DNA of 64,000 bases from the NCBI RefSeq assembly GCF_000143415.4, contig NW_003314299.1:352314-416313 (forward strand), in the 5' to 3' direction. The DNA comes from Selaginella moellendorffii. Lineage: Eukaryota > Plantae > Lycopodiophyta. This document shows positions 50,363 to 62,849 of this stretch, in pieces. Positions within the stretch are counted from its first letter, which is position 1. Each line of letters opens with the position of its first letter. A model generated the notes under the pieces. The model did not search any database. It was not told the DNA's origin and saw only the letters and a list, made by a program, of their open reading frames with translations. Both the position numbers and the translations under genes were made by a program.

Positions 50363-50608
50363 TTAAATAGATTTCTTGGTGCTTTTTGTTGTGTTGTTCA
50401 TTTCTTCATTTCTTTTGCTATGGACTGTTATTTCATAAGTAATAGGAGCATTTTTATCAATTGTGATAGTGGTCTTCACATTCCCAGATGGGTAATAAAG
50501 ATCAAGAGTGTAATATAGAGATTGTAGTAGTGAAATATAATTAATATTTTCATATTCCTTTGCACTACAGCTTTTATTCATAGATCTTATATTTTCTTTG
50601 TTTCCCAT
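50363..50608 (-). other. Small ORF homologous to 19300-19557, function unknown
   Basis: By-eye alignment of YISL.S.YYT..P.T.E.T..SK..STKK. Confidence 0.45.
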
Positions 50609-50851
50609 CTTCTCAAGAACTCTAAAAAATCTTTTGAATGAAGGAATAGTATCTACAGCTGTAAAAGTATTAAAAAATATTAAGTAGTCAAATCAAAATA
50701 TGACAGTTGTAACAATAGTCATAGTAAAATAATATAGCTTTTTACAAACAAATTATGATTATAAAGCCCTATTTCCAAGATTGACATTTAAAAAATCTTA
50801 GTATTATCAATGTCATAATAAATAAACTTCATTCTTAAGACTAAAACTTAG

Positions 50852-51526
50852 TGTAGCACACCTTATTTCTCTCTCCTTAAGCCAACTGGAAAAAAGGGCA
50901 ATTGCTTGATAAGAGAGCCTTTAATGGCTATTTTATCCCCATTTATCCCCCAAGGTTCCAAAAATCCACGGTGACAGTATATCTAAATCTCATCTCATAA
51001 TCACATGCACTACATTCACCCCCTTTTCAGAGATGTCAATGTCTTCATTGACTATTAACTAACAACCCCTATTGAGCCAAGGGGAACCAACACCTCCATT
51101 TCCGCACTAAATCTATTAATCTTTCCATAGTGTAGATTAGTTATTCCATGTGAGGCAATTAATCATCCACCCGTACCGCAGTCTTACGGTGGATACCTTC
51201 GTCCATGGATATTCCACACAAGAGGAAGGACATACGCATGGATGCCCAATATATACAATTTTAAATTTAAGGGTAGGAATATACCTTGCTCAAGGGTATA
51301 TTATATTTTTAAGTAGCCACTAATCAATGGGAATTGAACCTATGCCATTTATTCTGATACCACATATAATGCACTTTATCTCTCTCCCCTAAAGCCAACT
51401 GGAAAAGGGGCAATTGCTTGATAAAAGAGCCGTTAGTGATTATTTTATCCTCATTTATCCCCCAAAGTTCCAAGGATCCATGGTGACAGTATATCCAAAT
51501 CTCATCCCATGATTACATGTGCTACA
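50852..51526 (-). mobile_element. TRIM family C, copy 2
   Basis: LTRs 50852-51014 and 51365-51526, PBS reverse complement TCTGATACCA, TSD CTTAG 50847-50851/51527-51531. Confidence 0.93.
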
Positions 51527-52632
51527 CTTAGTATATAAACTATCTAAAAAAGTTATAATCATCGTAATTTTTTTATTCTCTTTGAGCTCCTTAAAAGTTT
51601 GTATTGAAATGGCTCGAAGGAAAGTCATTGCTACTCATACTTAGCCCCCAGCATTTCATATCAATCTCTATCTCCATCCCTAAGCTCTATTATCATTTCA
51701 CCTTCATATCCACATAATAATTTTTTTTTTGTTGAGGGCTCTAGTGAAGCTGAACTAGAGTTCCCTATATATGAAATTCTGGATCTTGCCACTAAAGAGG
51801 GATTGTCTTCAACACTTCAAAAGAAATGCCACATATTTTTGCAAGATCTTGCTCTTGATATGGCAAGACTATTTGAAAGCACAGAATGCAATTACATTCA
51901 GTGTCCAATATGCTACTTTTTCTTGGACAAGACAAATGGCTCTATAGGTTATAAACTTGTTTTGAGCACTGTAGCAATTGCCTAATGGTGGGTTTGGAAA
52001 ACGTGCATATATAGATGTATAAGAGATTCAAGAATGAGTTACAAACATATACCCATTATTGTTTTAAGGTGAGAAACAACATTCCCTTGGGAAACATTAC
52101 ATCGGCTAGTGCAGAATATAGGGTTTTTAGGCTGCCCTATAGTGGAATATAAGATCAAGAATTACTTTACTATACTATAGTATTGTCACTTTTAAAAGAA
52201 AAAATATATTAAAATTATATTAGTTGTAAGTAACATACTTTGTTCTAGAAGGTACTATCATATCATATACAATTTTTTACAAGATGTTAAAAGAGGAGAT
52301 GGCAAAACACAAGTGCTACAAAATGGTGGTGACAAATGAGAATAATAATTTGCAATTATGATATCTAACACTTTCACTAATATCTGACATATAATAAGGT
52401 TTTCATTTTATATAAGGATGCAATTAACTTTCTTCTACATCACCATCAACATATTGATTTTTTTTATGCTTCATCCTATATTGGTATTGTGGGGAAGATT
52501 TAGCCTACATATGTTGAGCCATGGATTCTGCATAGTCGGGGAGACTTCTAAAGCCTCCAATTCTAGAAACTTTAGATGACTATGATCTATAAAACAAAAC
52601 TAAACATATATTGAAATTTTAATAAATATAAT

Positions 52633-53430
52633 TTACTTCCTTGAGGTTGGAGGCAACTCACAAAATCTTCTGAGCCGGCGCTTGAAGAAATGATGTTCTT
52701 CAAAAGCAAACACCAACCTATTAGAGTCACATACTGCCTCCATCATAGAACCGGCTATGCAATCAATCATAACACCATTTGGCAGGCAATAGAGCTCAAG
52801 CAAAACTTGCATCACTAATGGAGTTTGAAATCAGTACCTTGGAAATGTGTTGCAGATTTGCTCACCCACAAGGTTAGGTATGATATTAGTGGAACTATTG
52901 TACCCAGGCAAAACACGTGTTGCATGTTCGCTATCACAAAACCCATCATATATGTTTCTGTAGAAGGCATGATAGGTCCACATCATAACCTGGAAAATAA
53001 ATAAGTTTAGAAATTAGATAAAAATATAAAATACATACTTACCTTTTCAAGCTTCCCTTGAACGCCCTTTGTATCGACACCAATAGGATCCATGATGCAC
53101 CCAAAAGAGAATGACTTGAAATGAACTTCTACTACACATGTTATAAGTTCATACATCCAATTGAGGTCATTCAGTAGGATGAAGATGATATGGCCAACTT
53201 CGAGCATAAGTGCTTTTGACAAGAGGAATGCATGACACATGTGGTCAAGTGTGAAAAAGTTCTAATCCTTAACTTTTCCATTGATATTTGAAAAACCATC
53301 TGGAAATTCAAAAAGAATGAAGTCTGCAACTGAGGGCAAGGGCTTTTGTATCTTTCGGCACCAACAGTTGAATTGGCACTATATATCTATATTGATGTTG
53401 TCTTCTGTGAAAGATGTCAACAATATACTG
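52633..53430 (-). pseudogene. Beta-class amino (N6A/N4C) DNA-methyltransferase-like domain, spliced and decayed
   Basis: Manual splice (intron 52990-53042) gives VADFILFEFPDG..KD*N..AFLLSKALMLEVGHIIFI...QVLLELYCLPNGVMIDCIAGSMMEAVCDSNRLVFAFEE. A motif IV-like strand precedes the motif X/I/II-like block. In-frame stops at 53262 and 52831. Confidence 0.5.
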
Positions 53431-53879
53431 TAGAAGCCGATGAAGACACCTACAATACCTTATTGTGTTATTGGGGAAATAGGACGGACCTATAGAAGAG
53501 CTAAGTGAATGAAAAAAGAAATGAATAATATACTACTGTCATATGGTATGTTGTTGATAAGAGTTCCTCCAATTCCTCTTTACAAGCATCTTGTCGAGTT
53601 GGAATGAAATTACTACCAATAGTCATTGCTGCAAAAAAATATGTATTACCATCTTTAGTTTATAAAATTCACTTTTACTTACCTCGGGGATGATATGATA
53701 TTCTATAAACCACTTGATCATCATTATTTATTGGTGGAACTTGATCCGAATCTTGGTTGTTTGATGATTAAATTGGAGCCTGATCTTAGTTGTTTGGTGG
53801 TGGAATGCGAACTTGATCTAAAGTTTCCTTATTCTCATTTCCATTGTCACTTATATTACCATCGTTGCCAACATTGATA

Positions 53880-55420
53880 ACTTCCTCTTGGTCTAGTGTA
53901 GAGGTTTCCTTCCTTCGGAGCTTCAACTCTTAAGGGCATTCTATCTTCCGTGCCTTTGGAACTCTCGCAAACATTGTTGGGTATATTTTTCCATCCTTTA
54001 CACCCTTTGCAACAAGTCAAGTGCAAACTGGTGCCTTAAATGGAATGCTTCTATATTGAAGATACTTGTAAATAATATATATTTAAAAAAAGTCTTAGAA
54101 ATTATATTATACTTGTAAGCTACACATCGCATGAAATAAAGCTAACCATGTTGACAATCATAAGTTGTTGTGCTTGTAGACTTCTCTAGCAGCCACCCCT
54201 CTTCAATCCTTTCTAATGATGTGTTGATGTAAGTGTCGAAAGACATGAATGTGCCATTTGGATCATCACCAATGTGTAGTGTTAAGAACTTCTCATCTTT
54301 ATTTATAGTTTGCGTGATGTAGATAACCCTTCTCATCATGTTCTCAAATAGTTTTAGTAGTCCTTTCTCTCTATTTATCAAGCAGACATTGAGGAACTCC
54401 AAAGTCTTTATCTATTGCTTATATGGAAGCTTCAATTATGCAATATTGTAAATCATATTATCTGGAGCTTTGTTCATTGCAAAAGTAACATATGCATAAT
54501 TGAGAAAAATGAAGTGTGATAAGAAACTTCTATTCATAAAAATAAATTTCAGCTATAGTCTTTAGCCACTCCTTCGGCCTACTATTGTCTACAATGCATA
54601 CTAGTTTCTTCAATTTTGAAGACTTTGCATGCTGAATTTTGTGCTTAATTTGTATGAACTTAGCCAATAGCTCTTCCCGACTCTTTTCCGAATATGCAAG
54701 TTCATAAGCATCTTGCATGACTTTCATCAAAGGTTAAAAACCAAAACAATAAAAAGAAACCCTTATAAAGTGAAAGGGAAAGATATACCTTGCACCACAT
54801 AGCAAGCATAAAATTATTTAGGTTGTTAAACCAAGTTGTACTGTCATTTCGAGTGTGTGAGTGCCGAACAAGTATTGCGAGATCATCACTATAATGTTGG
54901 CAGATGTCACCTTCACTCAAGTTTACCAAAAATCAAAATTGCTTAATGTCATGGACAAGGCTTTGCTTTTGAACAACAAATTGCCCAAGCCTCTTCCAGC
55001 CATTCCATCCTGTGAAAGAAAGTAGTACATCTTGGCTTCGCAGATAACATGATATAGAGGAGTGTTTTTGTAGAATTGACACTTGAATCCAACAGCAATG
55101 GTATCACAGGCTGAAGGATTGATTACAAACCCTTCGAAAAATATAGAATTTCTATAGCAGTTTTGATTACATGCTTCATTTATGCAATTTAAATGCCCAC
55201 CATAATGAACTATAGACATTGAGCCTTCAAAATATTGGAAGTATGTAGTCTTGATCTTGCACCAATTATGGACATCTTGCTTGGTTTCCATCCTCTTCCA
55301 TTTGAAATCTATGCTACTAACAAAAGGTGGTAGCTTGAAGAAAATGTTACCATTGTAGGAGGATGGAAACTTGCTCACAAGCCTATACAAAAACAAGTGC
55401 TCATCGATTGAGAGGCACAA
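53880..55420 (-). pseudogene. Multi-exon decayed gene with an N-terminal Cys/His-rich (GCM-like) domain; probably continuous with the MTase-like exons
   Basis: ORF 54923-55420 FFKLPP..MET KQDVHNWCK..GHLNCINEAC..CQF..C.AKMYY; further same-strand ORFs 54702-54929, 54530-54730 and 54142-54402 separated by short AT-rich intron-like gaps. Confidence 0.45.
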
Positions 55421-57420
55421 AAATTGAAAAACATTACTAATGGCTTTAAATATTATTTGAAGTTAGAGTTGATGAATTCAGTGTTGCCACTAGCATGACT
55501 TCTCCACTTGAATTAAAAGAGATTAAGAGGATAACAACTGACTCTTGCTTCACCTTCACTTTGGCTGGAGTGCATCTTGGCACTTTGACTAGAGATCCAA
55601 AAACTCGAATCTCCTTCCACTTGGAATTCTGTAAATTTCATTATTGTCCACCTTCGCCCACACCAGAAAAAGAAACTCCAAGCATACAACTATACTGGTG
55701 TCGTTGTGAATCACAACCTCTAAAAAAATAGAGCCAAGATGAAGATCAAAACGCCAACATAAAAAACTTTTAGAAACAATACTCTAAAAGAATGAAAGAG
55801 GTGTGTAATATCGAAAATGAAGAAGAAACCTCTCCATCCTTCTCAATAGGTTTTGGAGTTCTCTCTTTTTATGCTACTTGTAAAAATCCATGGTGAAACA
55901 TAATTGAAATTTAAATAGAACAATAAGAAGAATGTCAAGAATGTACAAAATGAATTTATAGCAAATTTAACATATGCAAGTATGACAGAATTAATATTAC
56001 TATCATCTATTATAATGTATAATGCATGTATATATATAGTTCCAAGGAAGGTTTTTCAGAAGTTTGATAGTCAATAATGATATCAATAATGACATTCTAC
56101 TATAGCATGTCAATCCATCTAACTGTCAGCACGTATAATGTGTCAAGTTGTCAAATCTTAAGTGGTAAATAATAATAAATTTTGTCAAATCTTATTCTTC
56201 AATGACAAATTTGATTCATAGTACAACTCAAGTTTTATCCATAATTGTGAACATTGCTCAATGACATTTAAAGCACGTGCCTATTGTTTAGGATTTAATT
56301 CAACACAAAATAAATTTCTAGATGAGGATTCATCCATTCATAGATGGATATAGTACAATATATTTTAACGTGCCTTATTTATACTCTTTAAAGTTCTTGT
56401 AACGATTCCAAAATATGTACAAAATATCGATGAGAATGCATCCTTTCTAGATAATTTGTAAAAACTAATATCATATCTCTAATAATAGAAACATTGATAG
56501 GTGCTATTTATATCATCATTAAAATATACAAAATAAAGAACCATAATTCACATATAATAATAATGATAATAAAATAAGATTGAAGATATTGTGATGGTTG
56601 AGATTTAGGTTATTCAGAAGAGAGATTGGTTAGAGTTAGGGCAGCTATTAGGATTAGGGTTAGGGTAGCTGCCAAGATTAGGTTACTATTTGCACTGTGA
56701 GTGGATAGTGGCCAAGTTTGGGCCATGGGATTTATTGGAAGGAATCCAAATGGCAAAGTTAGCCGAAGAACATTAATGTGTTGGATATTAATTGATTGTG
56801 GGAAAGGAAATGTATTTCCAAGGAAGGATTCCTAAGTGTTCCAATTTAGCAAAGATGAAAGCTTCAAGGGAGGGAGTGGCAAGGTAGTCAAATGATAAAG
56901 CTATGGACAACCCTAGCACAAATTATGTAAGAATGGAACTTAGTGCCTAGAGTGGCATGAAATAGAAGAGAGGATGATAGTGCCCTCAAATAAAGAATTT
57001 CCTAAGATAGGGAAGTGAAATTTACACAACACATGCAAAATAAGGTGTCAGAGACACCTAAAAAGTTAACTTTGAGAAATCAAAATCAAAATTTCCAAAG
57101 TGTAATGGTTATGCTAGTAGAAGTTGAGGCTGCTCCTGAATGAGTAGTCCAATTGAAATAGAGAAAGTGTCTCTAGTGAGTTTAGCATGAACTAAACTAG
57201 CAAAAGAGGAAGGACCACTATAAGCGATCTAATGAGTCACTAAGTTGGAGAGACTATGCTCCTTAAAGGATAGACAAGGCATGGTGAACTTTCGTTGTCA
57301 AACCATTAACGAATATTAGCTAGGTGCCAAGGATAGAAAGGGTAATATATGCTAATGTTACTCTATAAAATAGTTTATTGTTTGATAAGGACATTGAATT
57401 TTATCTATGGATGGTGGAGT

Positions 57421-58655
57421 TGTGAGACATAAAATCCTTAGGCCCCAAAGAGGAGCCAAAAGGGTGCCACGTGGTAGTGGTTGAGGTGGAAGTCAAATGA
57501 GTGTAACATATATGAACTAAAAGCTTTAACTCAAAAAGTCGAGAGTGGGAGTGGAACTCCTAATAAAGTGCTCGAGGAATGAGCATGAAGCAAGCAATAA
57601 GTGAGTTTCCAAAAAAGGGACATAAAACGATCAACATATGACATGAAATGGAGTCCGAGATGGACCCGAGTGGAGTACAAAATGGAGTTTGAGATGGACC
57701 CGAGATGGAGTCCGAGATGGAGTTCAAGATGGACCTGAGATGGAGTCTAAGATGGAACCGAGACTGAGATCGAGGCTGAGTCCAAGTCCAAAACTGAGAC
57801 CAAGACTGAGTTCAAGTCTGAGTTTGAATACTAATACAGGTTGTTGGGTGAAAGCCCAAAGCGATCATCCCCGGGGGGGGGGTCTGCAAGGGGTTCCAAA
57901 AGTATAGTAGGGAGAGTGTGGGAATTAGACCCCAGTGGAGCTAGTTTGGCCTAAAAAAGCTATACCTAGGTGTTAGATGATGAGATAACCATTAGGAAGT
58001 CCAATGCTAGAGTGAATACAGATTGATAAATGGGGTAGCTTGGTGAAGTATTCAAGAGCTAACTCTAGTTCCCCCGGGAGATCAAATGGTCGATGCTCCC
58101 AATCCAAACATGGGTGGCACTACCTACTTGGATACCTGGTGTGGCTCAATGGAACTTTGCTCTAAGCCCATGGCTAGAGCACCCAAAGGTGGAAGGTGGG
58201 GAGAGTACCCATAAGGCTCGCATAAGGCCACGGTGTTCCAAAATGTTGTCCCAAAGTCCCAGACTGTGGAAAGGAAGAGGAGTAATTATCTGGTATGGCA
58301 ACCAAGGACACAGTCATGTGATGAGGAAGTCCTAGAGGACAGTGGGACTTACTAGTTGGGCCTATGGGCCTTGTCCCAATGGCAGTGTTGGCGAATGCAG
58401 TCACGGACAAAAAAGGGACTTGGTGGGGATTGTAAAAGAGATATTGGGGAAGGCATTCCTCATATTTGTAGGCATCCTAAGGATGCTAAAGAGTGGATCT
58501 AAGATGATCACTCAAGGATGGATGGCCTAGTCTTTAAGAGATAGGACTATGATATAGGTGGTGTTGAACCACTAGTGTGACCAAGGTAAATGAGCATAGC
58601 CTTAGCGTAACAGGCTGATATATCGGCTTTGGGGTGTCGGTCATAGGATTGGACA
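57421..58655 (+). mobile_element. Family-A LTR (3'-truncated), preceded by a PPT and a decayed internal 3' region (~56700-57420)
   Basis: ATGGATGGTGGAGT|TGTGAGACATAAAATCC; colinear with 63664- and 397-1215. Confidence 0.85.
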
Positions 58656-58659
58656 TGAG

Positions 58660-59209
58660 ATGGTGTTAGCTGTATTGTTGTAACACCGACACCAACTATA
58701 GAAAGTGGCTTGAAGACACTATAATGACTAAATCTGATGTAGTACCTAAAGAATGGCTACTTGGTAATAGGGTCACGCTCACCTTAGATGAGATTGAAAA
58801 TCTTGAGAAATCTAGTTTCAATCTTGAGAGGAAAGTTAGAGACATAAGTGATAGAACCAACAAGAGGCCAACAAAAAAAGGTAAGGCAGTTAAATTTATT
58901 GGTACCGTCTCCAAGCAGAAACAAGGTAAAATAAACTTGGCTCAAACACTTGAGTGTGAGATTCTCTCCACAAAGTAATCACTGCACTTGTAAAAGAGTA
59001 CATAGTCAAAACCAAAAAGTGGAAAGTACACAATTCCCTTTCAAGACTTTCCTTCTTACAAATGTCTAGACTTTATGAAGCGTGAGGAACATGGGAAGGC
59101 ATATACTCCTTGCAAGCATATGTACTACATCTTTATTAACATCTTGCACCAGGATCCTAAAGTAGACATTCATATACACCAAACAAGCTTTACTATTACT
59201 GAGTTGTAG
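58660..59209 (+). pseudogene. SWIM zinc-finger-containing remnant, probably a MULE-like transposase C-terminus
   Basis: KYTIPFQDFPS(Y)KCLDF..GKAYTPCKHMYYIF..IHQ..TEL fits CxC..CxH with the first Cys mutated; upstream VPKEW..LTLDEIENLE..F.L. Confidence 0.6.
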
Positions 59210-59323
59210 AAAACTTTTGGAGCTAACTAGATTCTCCAACACTATTAATGTTTATTCTCTATCAATAATATAAACTTATTCTACTTTATATAATTAATAA
59301 AAAATGTTTTTTCATTTCACTTT

Positions 59324-59773
59324 TTATTTTATATACTTGCAAGTGTTCTTTTTGCAATACTGTCCATAGTACTTATATGTCTCTATTTTTGTCTTTACTA
59401 TCTTAAAAAATATTTCATGGTAGTCTTTCAGATGCATGATGTTGTAGTGTGTTGCAAGAGCATATATACCATCATATTGATCATCGCCATTGTTTCCACC
59501 AAATGCTAGAAAACATATAGAGCATTTCTTGAAAGTCACAAAATTATAGTTTTTTAAAACAAGAAGGCATTCTTTTTCACCAAATTTATTGTGCCCTTTA
59601 TTATTGCATTTATCGATCATTATCCTTACTATCCTCTCTTTCATTTTCTTTTGTGGTTCAATTATGTTGTGTAATGGGATAGTTATTGCATTTCCTAGCC
59701 CTTGAACCTTGGGAAGAAAGATTATGAGAGTTAAAATTACCAACACTAGAACCCATAGATATTTGGTGTACAT
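59324..59773 (-). CDS. Hypothetical secreted Cys-containing protein, 149 aa
   Basis: Uninterrupted ATG ORF in very AT-rich DNA; N-terminal K + hydrophobic stretch + VQG cleavage-like site; 6 Cys. Confidence 0.5.
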   Translation of the reverse strand: MYTKYLWVLVLVILTLIIFLPKVQGLGNAITIPLHNIIEPQKKMKERIVRIMIDKCNNKGHNKFGEKECLLVLKNYNFVTFKKCSICFLAFGGNNGDDQYDGIYALATHYNIMHLKDYHEIFFKIVKTKIETYKYYGQYCKKNTCKYIK

Positions 59774-62162
59774 TTCTCTCTCTTTGAATGAGAGTGTGAA
59801 TAAAAATCCATAAATTCTAGATAATATACTATGATAAACCCCTTAAGAATATATTCTAGAAAAGAACCAAGTCTTTTTTTTATATGCAATAAACTTACAT
59901 CAACGGTTATTTTTTTTCCTTTCAAATGGTTATATGGCTTTACATAGAATCTTATTTCAAATTTAATAATTTTTTAATTCTGACAAACCTGACATTTACT
60001 AGCCAGAAAGCACAAAGTACAACTTTAAAGAAGTGACAAGAATACTTTTTCTATAAATATTTTATTTTATGTTCTAACAAATATCCCTATTATAGCATAT
60101 AGTAAATATTTAAATTTTTAGAACAAGAAGTGTCCTTTAGAACATTTTTATCTATATAATATGCAATTATTAAGTTTGCCATAACGTTAATGTTTTAAAG
60201 TTTTTAATGTTTGTATTAAACTACAATTGAAACTTGAGATCAACTCTTCAACTCATGAGCTTAAGTATGGTCCACGCTCAGTTATATGATATAGCTCGAA
60301 AGAAATGTTAACTTTTGAAGGTAAGGCAATTGAGTTGGATAGAATATCTAGTTGGGATAGAAAAGTGGTCATTACGCTTTTCTAAAAAGATGATAATTAT
60401 GTCTTTCTTCTATAACATTATGCTTGGTGATAAGTTGCATATTACATTTCATTATACTCTATAAAAATAATGACCTATCACTAATCTTGACTTAGTCTTA
60501 GTAGCCCTATGCTTTAACTAAGGATAGTGATATTCAACTTAGTTGTTTAAAGTTGAGGTGTTAATACTTGTATTATAGTCTTGTCTATTAAGAGGTTACG
60601 TATATAAGTTTATTTCATGGTTTTCACTTTAGTTTCAATTTAGAGTTATTGACTATATATGTTACTAAGTTTATTGCTGTTTGATTGGATTTGAATAACC
60701 ATTCCATTTTCATAAATATTATACCTAGAATGTTACTTTTTAGTTAGACAAATATATAACATAATGATGTGAATTTGGTGTTTAAGTTTTATGAAAGCAA
60801 GTTAAAAAATGATTGTTAGTTGCTTTGTGACTATTTGTAAACTTCATTGAGGACTGCTGATATTTTTTTCACTCAATGATAATTTAGTAGTTTACCAAAT
60901 GATATTATGGAAGATCATATCATTGGCCTTGAATAATTCCTCTATGTTAACATTGAGATTCCATCTCTATCAATATTATTTAGTTGTGTTTAGTCTATGG
61001 TATTGGATTGTATTGAGTCTTGAATGTGGTAATTCACTCTTTGATCAAGTCAGACACAAAGCAAGAATAGACACACAAGTGGGAGCTAGACTATGCGTCA
61101 AGACATAATATATGGACAAACATAGATTAAATGACCACTCAAATCCAACTCAACCGCAATAAATTCACTAATACATTTAGCCAACAACTCTAAACATGCC
61201 TTGAAGAGGCTAGCTTTATATGATCAATATTAATTGAAACTAAAGTGAGGACCATGAAATGGACTCATATTGGTACACAACCACTTCATAGATGAATTTA
61301 TAGTATAGGTAAAAATCTCAACCTCAAACAATTAAGTTAGACAACACCATCCTCAGCCAAGGTGCAAGGCTACCAAAATTAAGTCAAGATCAATGAGAGT
61401 TCACTACTCTTATAAAGTCTAACGAAATGCAAGGTACAACCTACCACCAAACACAACGCTACAAAAGAAAGGCACAAGGGTCATTTTTTTAGAAAAGCGC
61501 AATAGCTACTTTTCTATACTAACTCCAAACTCTATCCAACTTAATTGTCTTAGCCCTAAAAGTCAGCATCTTTTTCGGGCCGCATTATATAAACTATTTA
61601 CTAAGGTATAAGCCAACTGAAGTCAACTCCAACCCTTTCATTAGTTTGTACTGGATTACAGGAAAAGAATGGTTTTCGGATAAAGTGATCAACAGATTAA
61701 CCATTGAAAAAGTCTAAGAAAATTTGTGCAAATTTTCCATTCTAGAGAAAGAACAACTCTAAGTATAGGAATACAAATTTTCAAAACTCAACCAACTTCC
61801 TCCTACTAACAATTGCACATAAGTTCACTTCAACATAAATTCTCATGACCCATAGTATGTTTAAGCCTCGAACATCATACTTATATTTCTGACATCCAAC
61901 ACCGATATCCGCAAAAATGCAAAATGAACATCCAAAGCTTGATCATGAAGACCATATTTTCAGATATCCCCATTGCACTAACACTTTTTTTCAATCACCT
62001 TTAAGATCCACTGTGAAGCTAAAACACTAACAAGAAAAATGACATGAAAAATCAATATCTAAGGAAAATTTCTTATCACTCAAAATAATAATGTTACTTC
62101 CACTAACACCAAGTGCTAGCAATGTCAATGCCTCAACTACACACCTTCTCCATCTAGATAAA

Positions 62163-62393
62163 CCAACAAGCTATAGCAAATGAATGTTATAAACCTTTCC
62201 AACACCTTAATGAGTAAACCTTCAAGGAAACAAAGTATTAACTTGAGTTTATTATATCATAGATCATTATTAAGAACCCAACAAGCTATAGCAAATGAAT
62301 GTTATAACCCTTTCCAACACATTAATGGGTAAACCTTCAAGGAAACAAGGTATTAACTTAAATTTAGTATATCATAGATCATTATTGAGAACC
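62163..62393. repeat. Tandem duplication of ~115 bp
   Basis: CCAACAAGCTATAGCAAATGAATGTTATAA...AGATCATTATTRAGAAC occurs twice. Confidence 0.9.
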
Positions 62394-62849
62394 CAGTCAA
62401 AGCTACTATAATGCTATTATGTGTAAGTAGACTAGCTTCACTATCAACCACTTTGGGGTTGATCATCATTTAACTAAACAACTTCGTAAACATATTGCTC
62501 ATTATCATATAAATATGATATAAAATCATAATAACTTGATCATCAATTGAGCAACACTATGAGCAATGTCCATGTCACTACTTCAAAGGTTTATGTGAAT
62601 ATCAAGTGCCAACTCAATTCAATAGATTTATAACACCTAACACCACTAGGTTTTGTTCACAACACAAATAAGCTCATAATACTCTCTTTCAGACCAAACT
62701 CAAAATTAATTTAACACCAAGCTACTCAAGGAGCAATAGCAAGGTTCCCTGGAAAAGAATTAAACATTATAACCTAAGTCTTTAATAACAAGTTTAGATA
62801 AAATGGTTTAGCACTTCACTACTATCCATCTTATAACTCACTATTTGTA

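Noticed and set aside
48959-51526. Cassandra TRIM with 5S rRNA in the LTR
   Set aside because: No 5S box A/C sequence recognisable in the LTRs
56630-56690. Interstitial telomere (TTAGGG-like)
   Set aside because: Only 2-3 degenerate units
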